In this document: piece after piece, positions 10,939-24,507 of the stretch
Layout: each line of letters opens with the position of its first letter
How positions within the stretch are numbered: the stretch's first letter is position 1
Assembly (NCBI GenBank): GCA_951406725.2
Contig: OX597826.1
Coordinates: 51,460,001-51,524,000, forward strand
DNA length: 64,000 bases
Origin: Octopus vulgaris
Lineage: Eukaryota
Direction of reading: 5' to 3'
The notes under the pieces: generated by a model
The model's database searches: none
The model's input: only the letters and a program-made list of their open reading frames with translations
What the model was told of the DNA's origin: nothing
Made by a program: the position numbers and the translations under genes

Positions 10939-13119
10939 AATGATTGATGTATTTATTTGATGTATTTGCATGTATGTGTGTATATGTGCCTACGAAATTT
11001 AAACCGTTTTAAAGAAGTCTTACACACATATATTCCAATATATATCGTAAAATCGACATCTCTCACAGTCCCTCTCTCTCTCTCTTCCCCCTCTCTCTCC
11101 CTCTCCCTCTCCCTCTCTCTCTTTCCCTCTCTCACTTTCTACTGCTCATTGTAGTCTTACAGCTCCAAAACTTGTGATTTCTTACTATGAAATATTACGC
11201 GCGCATGAGGACATTTATAAATGGATTAATGTCTACATACGAAAATACATCCACATATATAACCACCTACTTGTATATATAGGTACCCAGATTATATATA
11301 AAATAGATCACAATGAATTACTACTGAATGAAAATCAATTAGTCACATATCAATAATCAGAAAAGAACCAGGTCAAACGTGAACTGACTTAATGGTACAT
11401 TCCTCCTTCGCGCTGGTTTTGCATTTCAAAGTTAATACATTTATTATGAGTAAGTCATTGGTTTCAGGTTGAGGTTAGCCAACACGATTGTCTGTACCAT
11501 TCCAGCTTGCGTTTCGACAGTTTGCAACACATTGTTATTGAGATCTACTGGTCTCGAGCGAGCCTTTCTAGTCATTTCTGAGGTAAAATTATACGAGCCT
11601 TTACTCGCTTCAAGGTCTCATTCCTCCGTTGATCCTCAATTATTAACGGATCTAAGCACAGTAATTCATTTGTAGACCAATGACATTTCTATTTCTACAA
11701 AGAACTCTCAGCGTAACTAGGGCGATATCAAGCGTAAACATTCTCTCCTTCAGTGAGGGGTTTGGATAGAAGAATAAAATAGCAACCACCTTTTGGCCTC
11801 TTCACAGTCAATATCAATTTTCTATAGTCGCTGTCGAACTTAAAAGCTTTTGAATTCAATATTCAAGAAAATGCCGGTCCTTGTAAACAATCTTTCTTTG
11901 TGTTCGGCAGCTTCAATGAAATTGAAAGGGCATTTCAGTGCAATTTGTTCAAATGCTCCTAGAATAACAGCTTGTTAAACCGTGGAGGACCTGAAGAAAC
12001 ATATCTGATCAAAAAGCATATTCCAGGGGAATACAGTACTAGAGAGGTGTTATCAAAATATGATATAATGACAACAGACTATACGACAACAGAAAGCTGA
12101 TGGCAAGAAAAGTCATTGCACTGTATAACATTCCATACGCATGGTATATTAATTTGCAAGTTCAGGAAATTTCAGAGAACAGGCCGGCAATACTTACAGT
12201 ATAAGGAAGGGAAACAGGGCGTCTTTAGAGTGTGATCAAATGGTGGGTACTTGAAAAATTCTAAGATGAAGAAGTAACAACATTCAATTAACCTTAATTA
12301 CCAAGGGCTAGAAACTTTTCGAATGAGAAAGATTCCTCTTTTCCCATTGTTTTGTCTCTTTAAAGACATTGAATATATATAGCTGCATTTGATGGCTCAA
12401 AAATCAGACAGACCTATCAAACCCATCCTAATTTCAGCAGCGCATAAGAAAGAGAGTGTTTTTAGTGTCTATAGGAGGCCCAAATTCGAGGCAATGTTTT
12501 GAGTCACTTTAGAAAAGAATGTGCATCATATACCATCAAATATGTTAACTATTAGTAGCAGTAAACAACCTTGACAAAGTTTATTTATGTCTAAAGTAAA
12601 TAATACAATCAAACTAATTTACTGTATCCTAGATAAATTGTCTGGAAAGTGGCTGATAGACTTCAACATTTCTTGGAATGTTGTTTCAGTCAGAACTTAT
12701 GGTTTCAGTTGAATTTTATACGCAGTGTATTCATAATAGTCTTCTGAAAACAAATACAAATTTTTGAGATTTATCTCATTTGCTGCTTCTTTTATTGTAG
12801 GTGTAAAGCCCTTCATTGTAATCATTTAGCAACATCGAATTTGGGAATATTATTGTTACGTGTTTATTAACATTTCAAGCTTCATTCACTCACTTATGTT
12901 GTATTCGTATAAGTTCTTTCCTATTCGCAAGGATTTGACAATTGGCAACGGTAATGTTTCTTATGTTAGAAAGTATCGAAAAATTCCTATATCCTCTGGA
13001 AAAGAGGTTCACCAATGAACCCTTTCAGATATCTTCGTGTAAAATGTTGTCTACAATCTGAAGCACAAGATTATATTCACTTTTATAAATGTAGAAGGTA
13101 ACATTCAAAACGGTGATTG

Positions 13120-13348
13120 CGCGGCTGAACCGTTAGTAGGTCGAGTGAAATGCTTCGCGGTATTTCGTCTGTCTTCATGTTCTGAGTTCAAATTCCGCCG
13201 AGGTCGACTTCGCCTTTCATCCTTTCGGGGTCGATAAATTAAGTACCAGTTACGCACTGGGGTCGATGTAATCGATTTAATACCTATGTCTGTTCTTGTT
13301 TGTCCCCTCTATGTTTAGCCCCTTGGGGGTAATAAAGAAATAGGTATT
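13120..13348 (+). mobile_element. Near full-length family-A SINE
   Basis: Well-preserved GAGTTCAAATTCCGCCGAGGTCGAC..CCTTTCATCCTTTCGGGGTCGATAAATTAAGTACCAGTTACGCACTGGGGTCGATG plus the long tail. Confidence 0.9.
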
Positions 13349-13419
13349 CCTGTCGTCTTTACAAGTGTCAATAATATTTCCCATTAAATGTAGTAAGTAG
13401 AACAGTAACTATCAAGGCA

Positions 13420-13790
13420 GGTCTCGTTAACCTCCACCACTGCCATTGTGTGAGCATTACATCATTTGCACAAGGTGGAGAATATGCCACCAGCATTGCC
13501 TAGCTGACCTTAACATTCGATACAGAATTCAGCTGAGACTGGGGCCACGGACCATACACTCCCTAAAACAATTGAGGCTCACAATACATAAATTCACTGC
13601 AATGCAATTTCTGTTCCTCTACCGGCCTTGTTCTTCTTAACATTATCTCAAAAGAAATCAAAGAAGAAAGGATCCCATCACCTTCAAACGAAACCGGCAC
13701 AAATTTATTCAAGGGATACCAGATAAGCCATCTATCCCTGGATACATCTCAGTCAACAACAACCCTCTACATGAATGGGCCATTATACCA
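13420..13790 (+). mobile_element. CR1/L2-group LINE ORF2 C-terminal relic
   Basis: Frameshifted translation NIISKEIKEE..DPITFKRNRHKFIQGIPDKPSIPGYISVNNNPLHEW resembles LDKFL..IPD.P..PGY LINE ends. Confidence 0.55.
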
Positions 13791-15074
13791 CGAAACTTGA
13801 CTTAAAAATGACTTAACAGTTCCTATGAGGCAGTTCTATTAAGTTAGACATGACCTGGACAAATCTTTGGCTGAAATACATCTAAGTTATCTAAGATAAA
13901 CCAAACAGCTGCAGATTAGAGTGTATGGATTAGTATTTAAATAGCCGGAATTGACGAAATATCTGGAGAGTACATATTATGAAGTCAGAGTTATGGGTGC
14001 ATTTGGCCAGTACCACAAATATATCCGGGTTATATGTGTAGCTTGGCCAAGTTTATATAGACTGTTCCCTCTATTAAACCAACTGTTTTCTCTAATAAAC
14101 AGCAAAATATTCCAGTTGTCCAAGCTGAGTGACCGTTAGTTCGTTGAACTAAGTGTCATGGGATGTCATCACTTCACATTTGTTTAGAGTTTTGTCAAGA
14201 CATTACTCTTAATACATTACAACTCTGGAGCAATGGACATTCTGACTCAATCAGAATTTTTGCTTACAAACACTTCAAAAAATGATCTTTATATAATTTA
14301 TGAGTAGAAGAAATGCCTGAAACTGGAAAATTCATCTCATTTACTCTTTTATTCATTGCGTTGATCTGTATTGAAAAAAATTACAAACATTGAAGTAGAG
14401 ATGTGTGTTAGGTGTGTTATTTATTTCTTAAGCTTCATTTGTCCTTTAAAACTGAGGAACACTGTTATTTGCTGGTAGTAGTACTCTAAGGAGTACCGAA
14501 GAGTTATGTAACTTCAGTTTATAATCTTTCGAAGGAGGGAATATTTAAAAGTGACCCAACAAACACATAGGTTACGTATATATGAAAGAAACCAAATAAT
14601 AGTCGGAGCCATGCAATTGTATGGTTTTCCTCCACAACAAAAGATATTTTACTGATACATAGAATATTGGTCCGATAAAATATTTAATTTGATACTCGGC
14701 CAATATTGTGAACAGAATCTTTCATTCGGAAGAGTCGTAAATTGTATAATCATCGGAAGTGGGTGCAAAAATCTGTTATGAAGACTGGCAAAGAATTGAA
14801 CATGATCCAATTGATTATAAAGATCAAAGACATTCGCCCCAAGCCTTTACATAAACTTTTCCTTTTACATTAGTTCTCTTACCTAATAAAAATATCTCCC
14901 GTAATTCAGTTTAGTTAAAACATTCATAGCTGTTATAAATTGTTTGTTAGATTTATTAAAATATGATTAAATCTTGGAACTGTTAGACCGTGAATGTATA
15001 TATATATATATGTGTGTGTGTGTGAAGAATGATATGGCTTTAGTTACATAGGACCTAGGCATCACATTTCGACG

Positions 15075-15255
15075 AGGAGAACAGTCAGTTATATCGACCT
15101 CCCATAACTTTATCAGTACTATTTTTCATCGATCCTGGAAGGATTAGGTGCAAAGTGATCTCGTCAATATTTAAAACGAGAACGTAATTATCCAGATGGG
15201 ATATTGTGAGGTATTTTGTCTGATGCTCTAACGACTCTGCCAATGCACCACCCTT
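15075..15255 (-). mobile_element. Degenerate family-A SINE
   Basis: atcgatcctggaaggattaggtgcaaagtgatctcg...tgctctaacgactctgcc is the reverse complement of the family-A body and head. Confidence 0.65.
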
Positions 15256-15618
15256 GAGCTATTGCGCAAGGTGCTGTGTTTTGATTACCAAATGAGTTGC
15301 ACAAGTTGAAGAATGAACTGTTTATATACGTAACAGCTTTTGAACTCCCGCTCTGGGGTATCCGATGACATTAGTACTAAGATACTAAGGGTACTAATAT
15401 ACGAACCACTGTTTACCAATCTACACAACAAACATGAAGTGTTATACCGATACAAATTTTGCATAATATTTTTTATCTCTATAGAATTCTGCATCAGTTT
15501 AATAGCTAGGAGCTATCTTCCAATAGAGCGTATTTAGCTAAGGAAGAAAAAGTCAAGAAAACTGAGAGATAGGGAGACAGATAGATTGATAGCTTGCTAG
15601 ATGGATAGATAGACAGAT

Positions 15619-15669
<51 letters not shown>

Positions 15670-16728
15670 GAGAGAGGGTGAGAGAGAGAAAGTTTTCTTA
15701 TCTCTGTAATTTAACACTAATATTTTATATAGAATAAGTTTTATGTCAAACACATTTCACTCGGAAGGCTCCGTGCTACGTTTACAGTTGATTAAATATG
15801 TCTAAGAACGCATCAATCACTGCTGTCATCTATAACATTGTCACTACTGCTTGCTAGTGTTTCTTCCCTATCGTCAACTTCATTTGAGGAATTCACTTTC
15901 GGTTTTATACTTTCATTTATGCAGCCGCATTTAAAAAAAAAATTGTTTAAATTCAGCATTGCAAACTAACTCCTCAAGTTATCATTTAGTAGGGAATTTA
16001 TGGTGTTTTTTTTTTTGCAATTATTCAGTGGTGTTGGTGAGCTATTAGTGTAAGTAGGTGACTACGTTGTGGGTTTAATTTTCTTTAGATATTTATTACC
16101 AAATCTGTCTTAGCTACGTTTGGTGGGAATCTTTTGTCATCAAAAATGACCATTTGATAAACACTGTCGGGATTCGAACTATTCATCATTCGGTTCTTGT
16201 TGCTCGACACCAAACCAAACTTATCCTACCGAACGGGCCTAAGTTAAAAGGCGTTCCATTCATGACCGTCCTGTGTTTTAAAATCATGCACTTTTCCTCC
16301 GTTAAATGGTAGGGTTAACGTGAGGGAAATTCGGCTGTTCTTCCAAACAGGTTGATTCTCTGTATAGAGGTATTCATTCGATGTTTGTCTAGTCAGAATC
16401 ATATCTTTTTGAACGTTTACTCTCATCCAATAATAACATGTCTACAGTTAGAAATATCCGTTGTATTTCAACGGGACACAGGATCGATATAAGTAGAAAA
16501 CAAAAGGGAAACAAGTGTATATTTCGGACGGACAATATATTGCAAACAAGTTTTGTGTTCCAATAGAAGCGTTGATGTCAGAAACATGTAGCAGTAGAAA
16601 CGATGTGTTTGTTATTTACTCTCTTTTCTAACCTATTCATGCAAGCCATGCGCTGAACGCTATAGACATGCTAACCACGTAAACAAGAGCTTCATATGCT
16701 CAACACTAGGAAATAAGTTTATCATATA

Positions 16729-16760
<32 letters not shown>

Positions 16761-17309
16761 ACAGACGCACATATACACACACACAAACACACGTATACAT
16801 AAACACATTCAAATTTGTACAATCACAAGTATGCATACTCATCTGTGATTGTGTTAATTATTGTATATACAGCAGGTTAGTTAATGTCAGAACTGATAAA
16901 GAAAATATGATATTCATCATTTAGTTGTGTTAGATCCCATTCTGAATTCAAATCCTACTTACCCCTCATCATTTCATGAATCACGGGTGAGATTAAATTG
17001 ATTGTATTGCTCTCATCTTCAGAATCCTAGAACCTTACAAACAATAATGTAGCTTCCTCAAGAGAGAAGGCTCTACGTCGTCACTAAATGTGAGAGACAT
17101 AGCGGTAATATCTACCTCAAAATATTCTATCAGTTTGAAAACCGAGGTCGGTATCAGATAAATGTAGTCCTAGATACAGAAAACCTGAGAGTAGGAGGCA
17201 GTATTATGTAATTGGAGCGCCTCTAAAATAGGTCTGCTTCGGTAGAGATGAGTTGGTGTTAACAACAAACAGATTTTAGTTACATTGTTTTATTATTTTA
17301 TTCCAGAAT

Positions 17310-17465
17310 AAGGCAGCGAGCTGGTAGAATTGATAGCATATCAGGCAAAAATGCTTACCGACTTTTCGTCAGTCTTTACCTCCTGAGGTCAAATTCTGCG
17401 GACGTCGGCTTTTCCTTTCGACGTCGATATAACAAGTGCTAGTGAATACTTTGGTCAATGTAAAC
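17310..17465 (+). mobile_element. Family-A SINE
   Basis: Head aaggcagcgagctggtagaattg; B-box-like gaggtcaaattc. Confidence 0.7.
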
Positions 17466-17689
17466 GGGTACACCCTGAATTATTTTAATCTAGGATAACT
17501 CAGATTCAGCAGGAATTCCAACCGTGATCGTAACGAAATTTTGTATATCTAACGCTATATTGTTCAATGTTGTCCTTCCTCTTTTGAAGATCGTGGACTG
17601 CAGTAAGAGAGACGGGGAGGGGTGCTATTTTCTTACGTTGTTCGGGTAACAAGGTACTGCTCCCACTATCATTCCCTCTGTTATGTAGC

Positions 17690-17866
17690 TATCGTATTTG
17701 ACGGTATATTAAATACACCCTAATTTCAGCAGTGCATGTTGAGGAAAAAGAGCGCTAGGGAAAGGTTAGATTATGGGGGACCTATCTTCGCACATAGGAC
17801 CGGGATAAGATATTTTGAGAGCATGTTTGAAAAAAAAGTGTGCCTTATGTGCCATAAAATACCGTA
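17690..17866. mobile_element. Decayed Tigger/pogo-like MITE
   Basis: Ends TATCGTATTTGACGGTATA and GTGTGCCTTATGTGCCATAAAATACCGTA resemble TACCGTATTTT-type TIRs with TA ends. Confidence 0.5.
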
Positions 17867-17914
17867 CGTTCCTATGTATTGATTTTAAATTTTAGAATAA
17901 GGTCAATAATTTCG

Positions 17915-18095
17915 GAGGAGGGGTTTACTCGACTACATCGACCCCAATGCTCAACTAGTACTTATGTTATCGACCCCGAAAAGATGAAAGGCAAGAATCG
18001 ACCTCGGCATAATTTGAACTCTGAAAGTAAGGACGGACGAAATGCTGCTGAGTATTTCACCCGGCGTGCTAAAAGTTCTGCTAGTTCACTGCCCT
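17915..18095 (-). mobile_element. Family-A SINE
   Basis: atcgaccccgaaaagatgaaaggcaagaatcgacctcggc..atttgaactc. Confidence 0.8.
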
Positions 18096-19471
18096 AATGT
18101 TCTTATATATTACTGGTTCAAATCGCGCCATTGTCAATCAACTGTTCATCGTTCTCACGATCAATATGATAATTACTATCGTAGTTTTGTGGTTATTTTA
18201 ATCGCATGCCTTCTCTTCAATAATTTAAAAAAAATGTAAAATCCATAATTAGTAATCAATCTTCAGAGCGATAAGTGACAGAAAGAGGCTGATTGAATAG
18301 GAGATATTTTATTATCTCATAATTCGTCAAGTAACGTTCAAATATCCAATCGTGATTAGATGCGTTTTGATTTTCAAACATTAGGATAATGGACTTGTAA
18401 GTTCGAAATCAGTTAAGAACTACTTTGTATTTTATTCCTTAAAATAAGGTATCAGTCAATTGCAGGGTGGATGTATCCCTGGGCCAATGTTAATAAATTA
18501 ATGATAAAGGTTTTCCATTACAATATATGACGGAGTTACGTAACTTCTCTTTTGGGAAGAAACTTAGCCGGAGATATCAACGCTTGTATATGTTAGAAGA
18601 ATGAAAAGACAAATGCAGTCTCGGTGTGATTTGAACTTCGCTAATAAAAGGGTATAACTGAAAGGAACAAGGTACTTTATCCGCTCCACCATCGATTATG
18701 ATAATCCACCGCTCTCTTCCAGGCACCTGTAATATATTAAATCAAGAACCAATTAATATATTAACGTCACTTTCAAAATTGTTCCATACTTTCACATATT
18801 CTTCTTCTGGCTACTGAAGAGAAATCGATATTTATATGACTGTATAGGCCAAATACGATTTCTCAAATTGCCACAAGCCAAAAAATATCTGATAACGGTT
18901 CGTTGTCGACTGAATCAATTCCATTAACTACTTAGTACGTAGTTTCTTGACCCCCTGGAGCAATGAAAGACAAGGTTGAGCTCAAACCGTCGGCAGAATT
19001 AGTTAACTCGAACTTAGTAACTAATCTGGAAACGCCATTGTACTGAGTATTAACAACTAACTGAATTTTAGATCAGTAGTTGCTAGAAACGATTGGTCAA
19101 CGGTCTGAATAATTTCTGATATCTATTGAAACCAGCCATCGGGTTTCGAAACGAGTCGAAATAATAGTTGCGTTTTAATTCCTCAAGGCTTGACCAAATA
19201 AAAACAAGTAGTATACTGTTTTTGTTGTTTCGGCCCAAAAGAGCTACGAGCACAATGGTATTCTATGAAATGCTTTCCAGCTTTTAACCAACCCGACTTA
19301 TCGGACAGTTTACCTTAGAATACACTTAACCATTGCCACCTTTGCGCTTTTAAAATTCTACATGACAGATTTGGCTATTATTTAGTGCTATTCAAACCAC
19401 AACGAAGCGGCTTCCTCTCAAGTTCGTATAATTCGTAGTTGAAATAAAATATTATTATGTGTAGTTTATAA

Positions 19472-19688
19472 TGCAGCGAGCTGAAGGAATCGTTAGAACC
19501 CCGGGCAAAATGCTCAGTGGCATTTCATCTGTCTTTACTTTCTGAGTTCAAATTCCGCCGATGCCGACTTCCCCTTTCATCCCTTCGGTGTCGATAAAAC
19601 GAGTATCAGCTGTGTGCGTACTGGGGTCGATGTAATCTACTTACTCCTTCCCTCGAAATTTCAGGCTGTGTGCCTTTAGTAGAAATGA
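19472..19688 (+). mobile_element. Full-length family-A SINE (short-tail type)
   Basis: Head gcagcgagctgaaggaatcgttag, B box gagttcaaattcc, central domain, tail aaatttcaggctgtgtgcctttagtagaaa. Confidence 0.85.
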
Positions 19689-19948
19689 TTTAATGTAGTT
19701 TATTTATAAACTTTTAATACACTTTAATTTACAAGTACGATTTTATTTTACATATGTAATCTAATTATTTGAAAGTCTTCAATTAACACACATTAATCCA
19801 AGAAGCTGGTAGATAAAAGCATTATTTAGGGGTATTTAAATGTTAAACTCAACGAGCCGAATTATAAAATTCCAATGAAATCAATGAACCGTGATTTTTT
19901 AAAGGAATGACGATGAAAATAGAGTTAAATGTTCTCTTCAAAACCCAG

Positions 19949-20008
19949 CTGATGAAAGCATGGATATATTTCGATCTCGTCATTGAACCTCGTCAGCGAA
20001 GAAATCAG
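19949..20008 (-). ncRNA. Candidate minimal hammerhead ribozyme with a complete core
   Basis: Minus strand: ctgat..g-CTGACGA-ggttc-aatgac-gagatc-GAAA-TATAT-C-c..atcag. ATATAT palindrome followed by C17; stem I is weak. Confidence 0.4.
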
Positions 20009-20197
20009 TAAGTGTAGTGATGCTAATGATGAATATAATTAATTAAATAGAAGGAAATTACATGAGGGCTATCTTCTGTATACAAATTACATATGTAATT
20101 TCCCCATAAATTACATGGGAACTTGAAAGAAACTTCGATGAACTGTAGTTATACATTGAATTAATAAACTTCTTCTGAGATTATTCCTGTACTTGTT

Positions 20198-20390
20198 TCA
20201 TACGTACATACATGCATGCATGCATACATACATGCATGCATAAATACATACATGCATGCATGCATACATGCATACATGCATACATACATACATACATACA
20301 TGCACACATACATGCATATATACATGCATACATACATACATACATACATACATACATACATACATACATACATACATACATGCATACATG
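20198..20390. repeat. (TACA)n/(TGCA)n compound microsatellite
   Basis: Visible repeat run. Confidence 0.95.
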
Positions 20391-21109
20391 ACTCCAAATT
20401 TAAACTCGAAATATAAGCGACAGTTATCAATATTTCAATATCAGCTAAGTGAACGTTTCCGAAAATCAACATGAGGAAGTTATGAGTGAATATTGGCTTA
20501 AAGTCAACTGCTTAAAGCAACGAACATGTTTGAATCTTTCTCTCTTTTTTTTTCAGCAATGCAAATTTATGAAACAAAACCCAATAGAAAATAAATAAAA
20601 TGTATTAGTTCCTAAAGTTTTCAACACAGTGCTCCTGTCATTATAAGGTCTCCTCTATGTCCGTTATTTGAAAATATTTTATCAGCGAGACATTAATAGG
20701 ATGTCTCTCTTTAAAATCATGTAATAGCGTAAATTGAGTTGCTTTAAATTCAGTTACCATGGGAAACACATGAATATGAACAACCTGCATTTCTTTGTAA
20801 CTTGAATAGGAAGAGGTAATTACTGAAGTATTTACCTATTTAGAGAAAGTGAGACAAAGTGAGAGTGAGAGAGAGAGAGAGAGAGGGGAAGAGCGGAAGA
20901 GAGAGAATATGAGAGAGTGAAAGAGATGGAGAAAAATTGTGAGAAGCATAGTTACTGAAAATGTAGCTCTTTCATGTTTGCTTCAATTTATCATATTTGC
21001 GTGAGATAAGCTATTATAATAATTTAATAATAATTTGGTTGCAATTTAAAAGCTCCATAGCTAATGTGTCCCTGGTCCTTCCTCTAACAATTTCGTTCTA
21101 TCTCACTTT

Positions 21110-21152
<43 letters not shown>

Positions 21153-21175
21153 GTGTGTGTGTAACCAAAGATAAT

Positions 21176-21258
<83 letters not shown>

Positions 21259-22400
21259 AGTCAGCAGTGGAGATCACAGTACAAATTATCATTGAATATT
21301 CCTCTCATTCACCACATCTCACCTCCCCCCACAGCCTCCCAATCCTCAAAAGATATTTTCCCCCATTCTCTCATATCCTTCTCTTCAGCCAGAAGCACTT
21401 TCAACTACTTCACTCCCTTAGCTACTAACCTACCAACACCTCCATCCCTACCCACCCACCCCATCTATTCAATTCATACAACTCTGCATACCTCAGTACT
21501 CCCCCTCTACCACCAACCCACTTTCATTGTAGACTGCTATCTTGACCACTGCATCATTCCCCCCCACTCTGTCTACCTATATTCTCTTATACTTTTCTAC
21601 ATACTTAAATAATCTCCCTCCGCACAAAGCTTACTTCTCTCTTCAAATTACTACCTTAGTCACCCTATAACTATCTCTAACTTAGACACTTGCCATACCT
21701 TGTCTCACTATCTCAACTTCCCATAGTTCCATAGCAATATCCACTAAACTTTCATACCTATTCACAAATCCAACAACAACTGACCACTCTTTAATTACTA
21801 CCTCCCCACTGACCCATCCCACTCATTCCTCAACTCTCAGCTCTATTATTACCCCCTTAATACCTTCATTCTTAACACTTCTACCTCTTCCTGAACTTAT
21901 ATCCTCCCGACCTTCATTGTCTTATCACTCTCCATAGCACCATCCAGCCCCTGCTTCATCCGGTCAATACTGCATGTTCTCCACTGACCCATCCCACTCA
22001 TTCCTCAACTCTCAGCTCTATTATTACCCCCTTAATACCTTCATTCTTAACCCTTCTACCTCTTCCTGAACTTATATCCTCCCGACCTTCATTGTCTTAT
22101 CACTCTCCATAACGTCATCCAGCCCCTACTTCATTCCACCTTTAAACTTCTCTGCATCATGATTTTAAATGTAAGACCTTTTCTACCCTGTTGACGGAGG
22201 CTCGATTAATCCAATGTTGATTGCTACCATTACGGCCTACATATTATAACGAACTATATCTACCAACATTATGATGGATTGCCGAGGTCCCAGAAACAGC
22301 CGTTGAACTTATAATGCCTTACTGCCTCCCATTTATCTTTCCTTGTTGTTTTGTACTCTGTGAAAGTTTGATCAACTAACATAAATACCTATATATTTAT
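21259..22400 (+). mobile_element. Microsatellite-flanked, C-rich PLE-like relic with an internal duplication and a hammerhead-like motif
   Basis: Starts after (TG)n; G-poor plus strand; KDIFPHSLISFSSARS is reminiscent of the PLE RT-EN linker; TTGACGG...GAAACAGCCGTT at 22191-22304. Confidence 0.5.
21806..22134 (+). repeat. 154-bp direct duplication (period 175)
   Basis: 21806-21959 versus 21981-22134, nearly identical. Confidence 0.95.
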
Positions 22401-22480
22401 ACTTAAATATTCATCGTCTGAAAGCCTTCAGTCTTTGCCTTCTCTCGTTTTGTATGTATGTATGTATGTATGTATGTATG

Positions 22481-22511
<31 letters not shown>

Positions 22512-22569
22512 GTATGTATGTATGTATGTATGTATGTATGTATGTATGTATGTATATATATATATATAT

Positions 22570-22643
<74 letters not shown>

Positions 22644-22912
22644 CATATTTTGTATATCAAAATCTGGTTTGGAGGATAACCGAATGGTGTCATAGAGGAA
22701 GTTCATGATGGCTACCGGAAACTAGGCAGCAATTGGTCAAGATCGGTTACATGATGTTGCTAAAAGATCTGCATTCCAGCAACACCAAATGCGTGAAGAA
22801 GAATAATTTCTTGAACCGTATGGCTAGACACTATGCTGATAGTGCTTTGCTGTCAGGCCGGGTTGTTCACTGTGATTAAGAACTTTACTCGTGGAGAGTA
22901 GAAAGCTAACGC

Positions 22913-22958
<46 letters not shown>

Positions 22959-23383
22959 GTGGAACACAAAAATAGCGATAGACTCGATTTCATTGGACTA
23001 AATAGAGAAACTAACAGCAGAGGAAAATGGCTAGACCCTAGCTCATTGTATTTGATTGATTGGCATATCAAGAGAAGAGGAAGTTTGCAGGCCAGCCATT
23101 GTTCTTAGACGGTGTTATAAATAATGGAACCGGTTACCAGCACTTTCCTAGTGTTATTTATGCCATGAATCTATCACTTCCATATAGTATCTTCACTACT
23201 ACCAATCAACGAGAGGCAAGCGGATCTAGAGTATATAGAAATAGAAAAATAAAAGAACAAAACCAGGAATAACAAATGAAAATAAATATAAAAATTGTGA
23301 ATGAATCAAAAACCATTTCCGCTTCAATTGTTTCCTATCAGAAGTGATTTAAATACTTTGTGGGAATATGTGTGTGTATTCTG

Positions 23384-23445
<62 letters not shown>

Positions 23446-23551
23446 TACACACACACACACAAACACACACACATATATATATATATACGCACACACACAC
23501 ATATATATAGGGTGAGCGAAAGGGAAAGCTAGAGAGAGAGAGAGAGAGAGA

Positions 23552-23740
23552 TACACAGGTGTCCCAAAAAGTGTAGATACTCATTGAATGATTATAAAAC
23601 CTACAAACAGAATTTAAGTTTATAAAAAGAAATCTTGACTTCAAACAAATGACCGTTTAGATCGACCCACTACTGATAATGAAAAGTTCTTCAAGAAGAG
23701 CCTGGACATTCACGAGCCTTAGAAAGCATGAATTGGTGCT
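23552..23740 (-). mobile_element. Tc1/mariner-type element end fragment
   Basis: TACACAGGTGTCCCAAAAAGT resembles a TIR. The minus strand reads VDLNGHLFE, similar to transposase C-termini. Confidence 0.35.
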
Positions 23741-23794
23741 AGAGAATATTATTAGAGTTTAAATATATCAATGTTCCATGCGAAATGTGAATCT

Positions 23795-23926
23795 AGGTGT
23801 AGCTGTGTGGTAAGAAGTTTGCTTCTCCACCATATGGTTCCAGGATCAGTGTTTCCTATTGTTGTCTCGGGCCTGCCAAAGCTTTCTGAGTAGATTTTGG
23901 AGACGAAAACTGAAAGAAGGCCATCC

Positions 23927-23986
<60 letters not shown>

Positions 23987-24205
23987 TGCGTGTCTTTGTG
24001 TTTGTGTATGTCCCACTCCTCTGCTTGACAACCAGTGTTGGTGTATTTACGTCCCTGTAAGTTAGATGTCTGGTAAAAGAGTGGTGATAGAATAAGTACC
24101 AGCTTTAAGAAAATATAGTACTGGATTCGACTCATTCAACTAATAATTCTTCAAAGCAATGCCCAAGCACAGTTGAAGCCAAATGCCTGAAACAAGTAAA
24201 ATATG
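23795..24205 (+). mobile_element. Family-B SINE with an internal (TG)n tract and a deleted CORE segment
   Basis: gtagctgtgtggtaagaagtttgcttc...gacgaaaactgaaagaagg-(TG)n-gcttgacaaccagtgttggtg...aatgcctgaaacaagtaaaa. Confidence 0.8.
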
Positions 24206-24394
24206 AAAAATATATCATATATGTGTCGTTAGTCAGCTGGAAGAGATATCTTCCCGGGGCTATAAACGCCAGTAGCACTGTCCCGTGTAGGACGCAACAC
24301 TTGGTTGGCAATTATATGATACGATTCCGTATTGCTACATCTGTATTGCATCTCGCTCAGAGATTTAATATAGTTTATTTCTCCTTTAAGTCTG

Positions 24395-24455
<61 letters not shown>

Positions 24456-24474
24456 ATACACATATATGTGTGTG

Positions 24475-24507
<33 letters not shown>

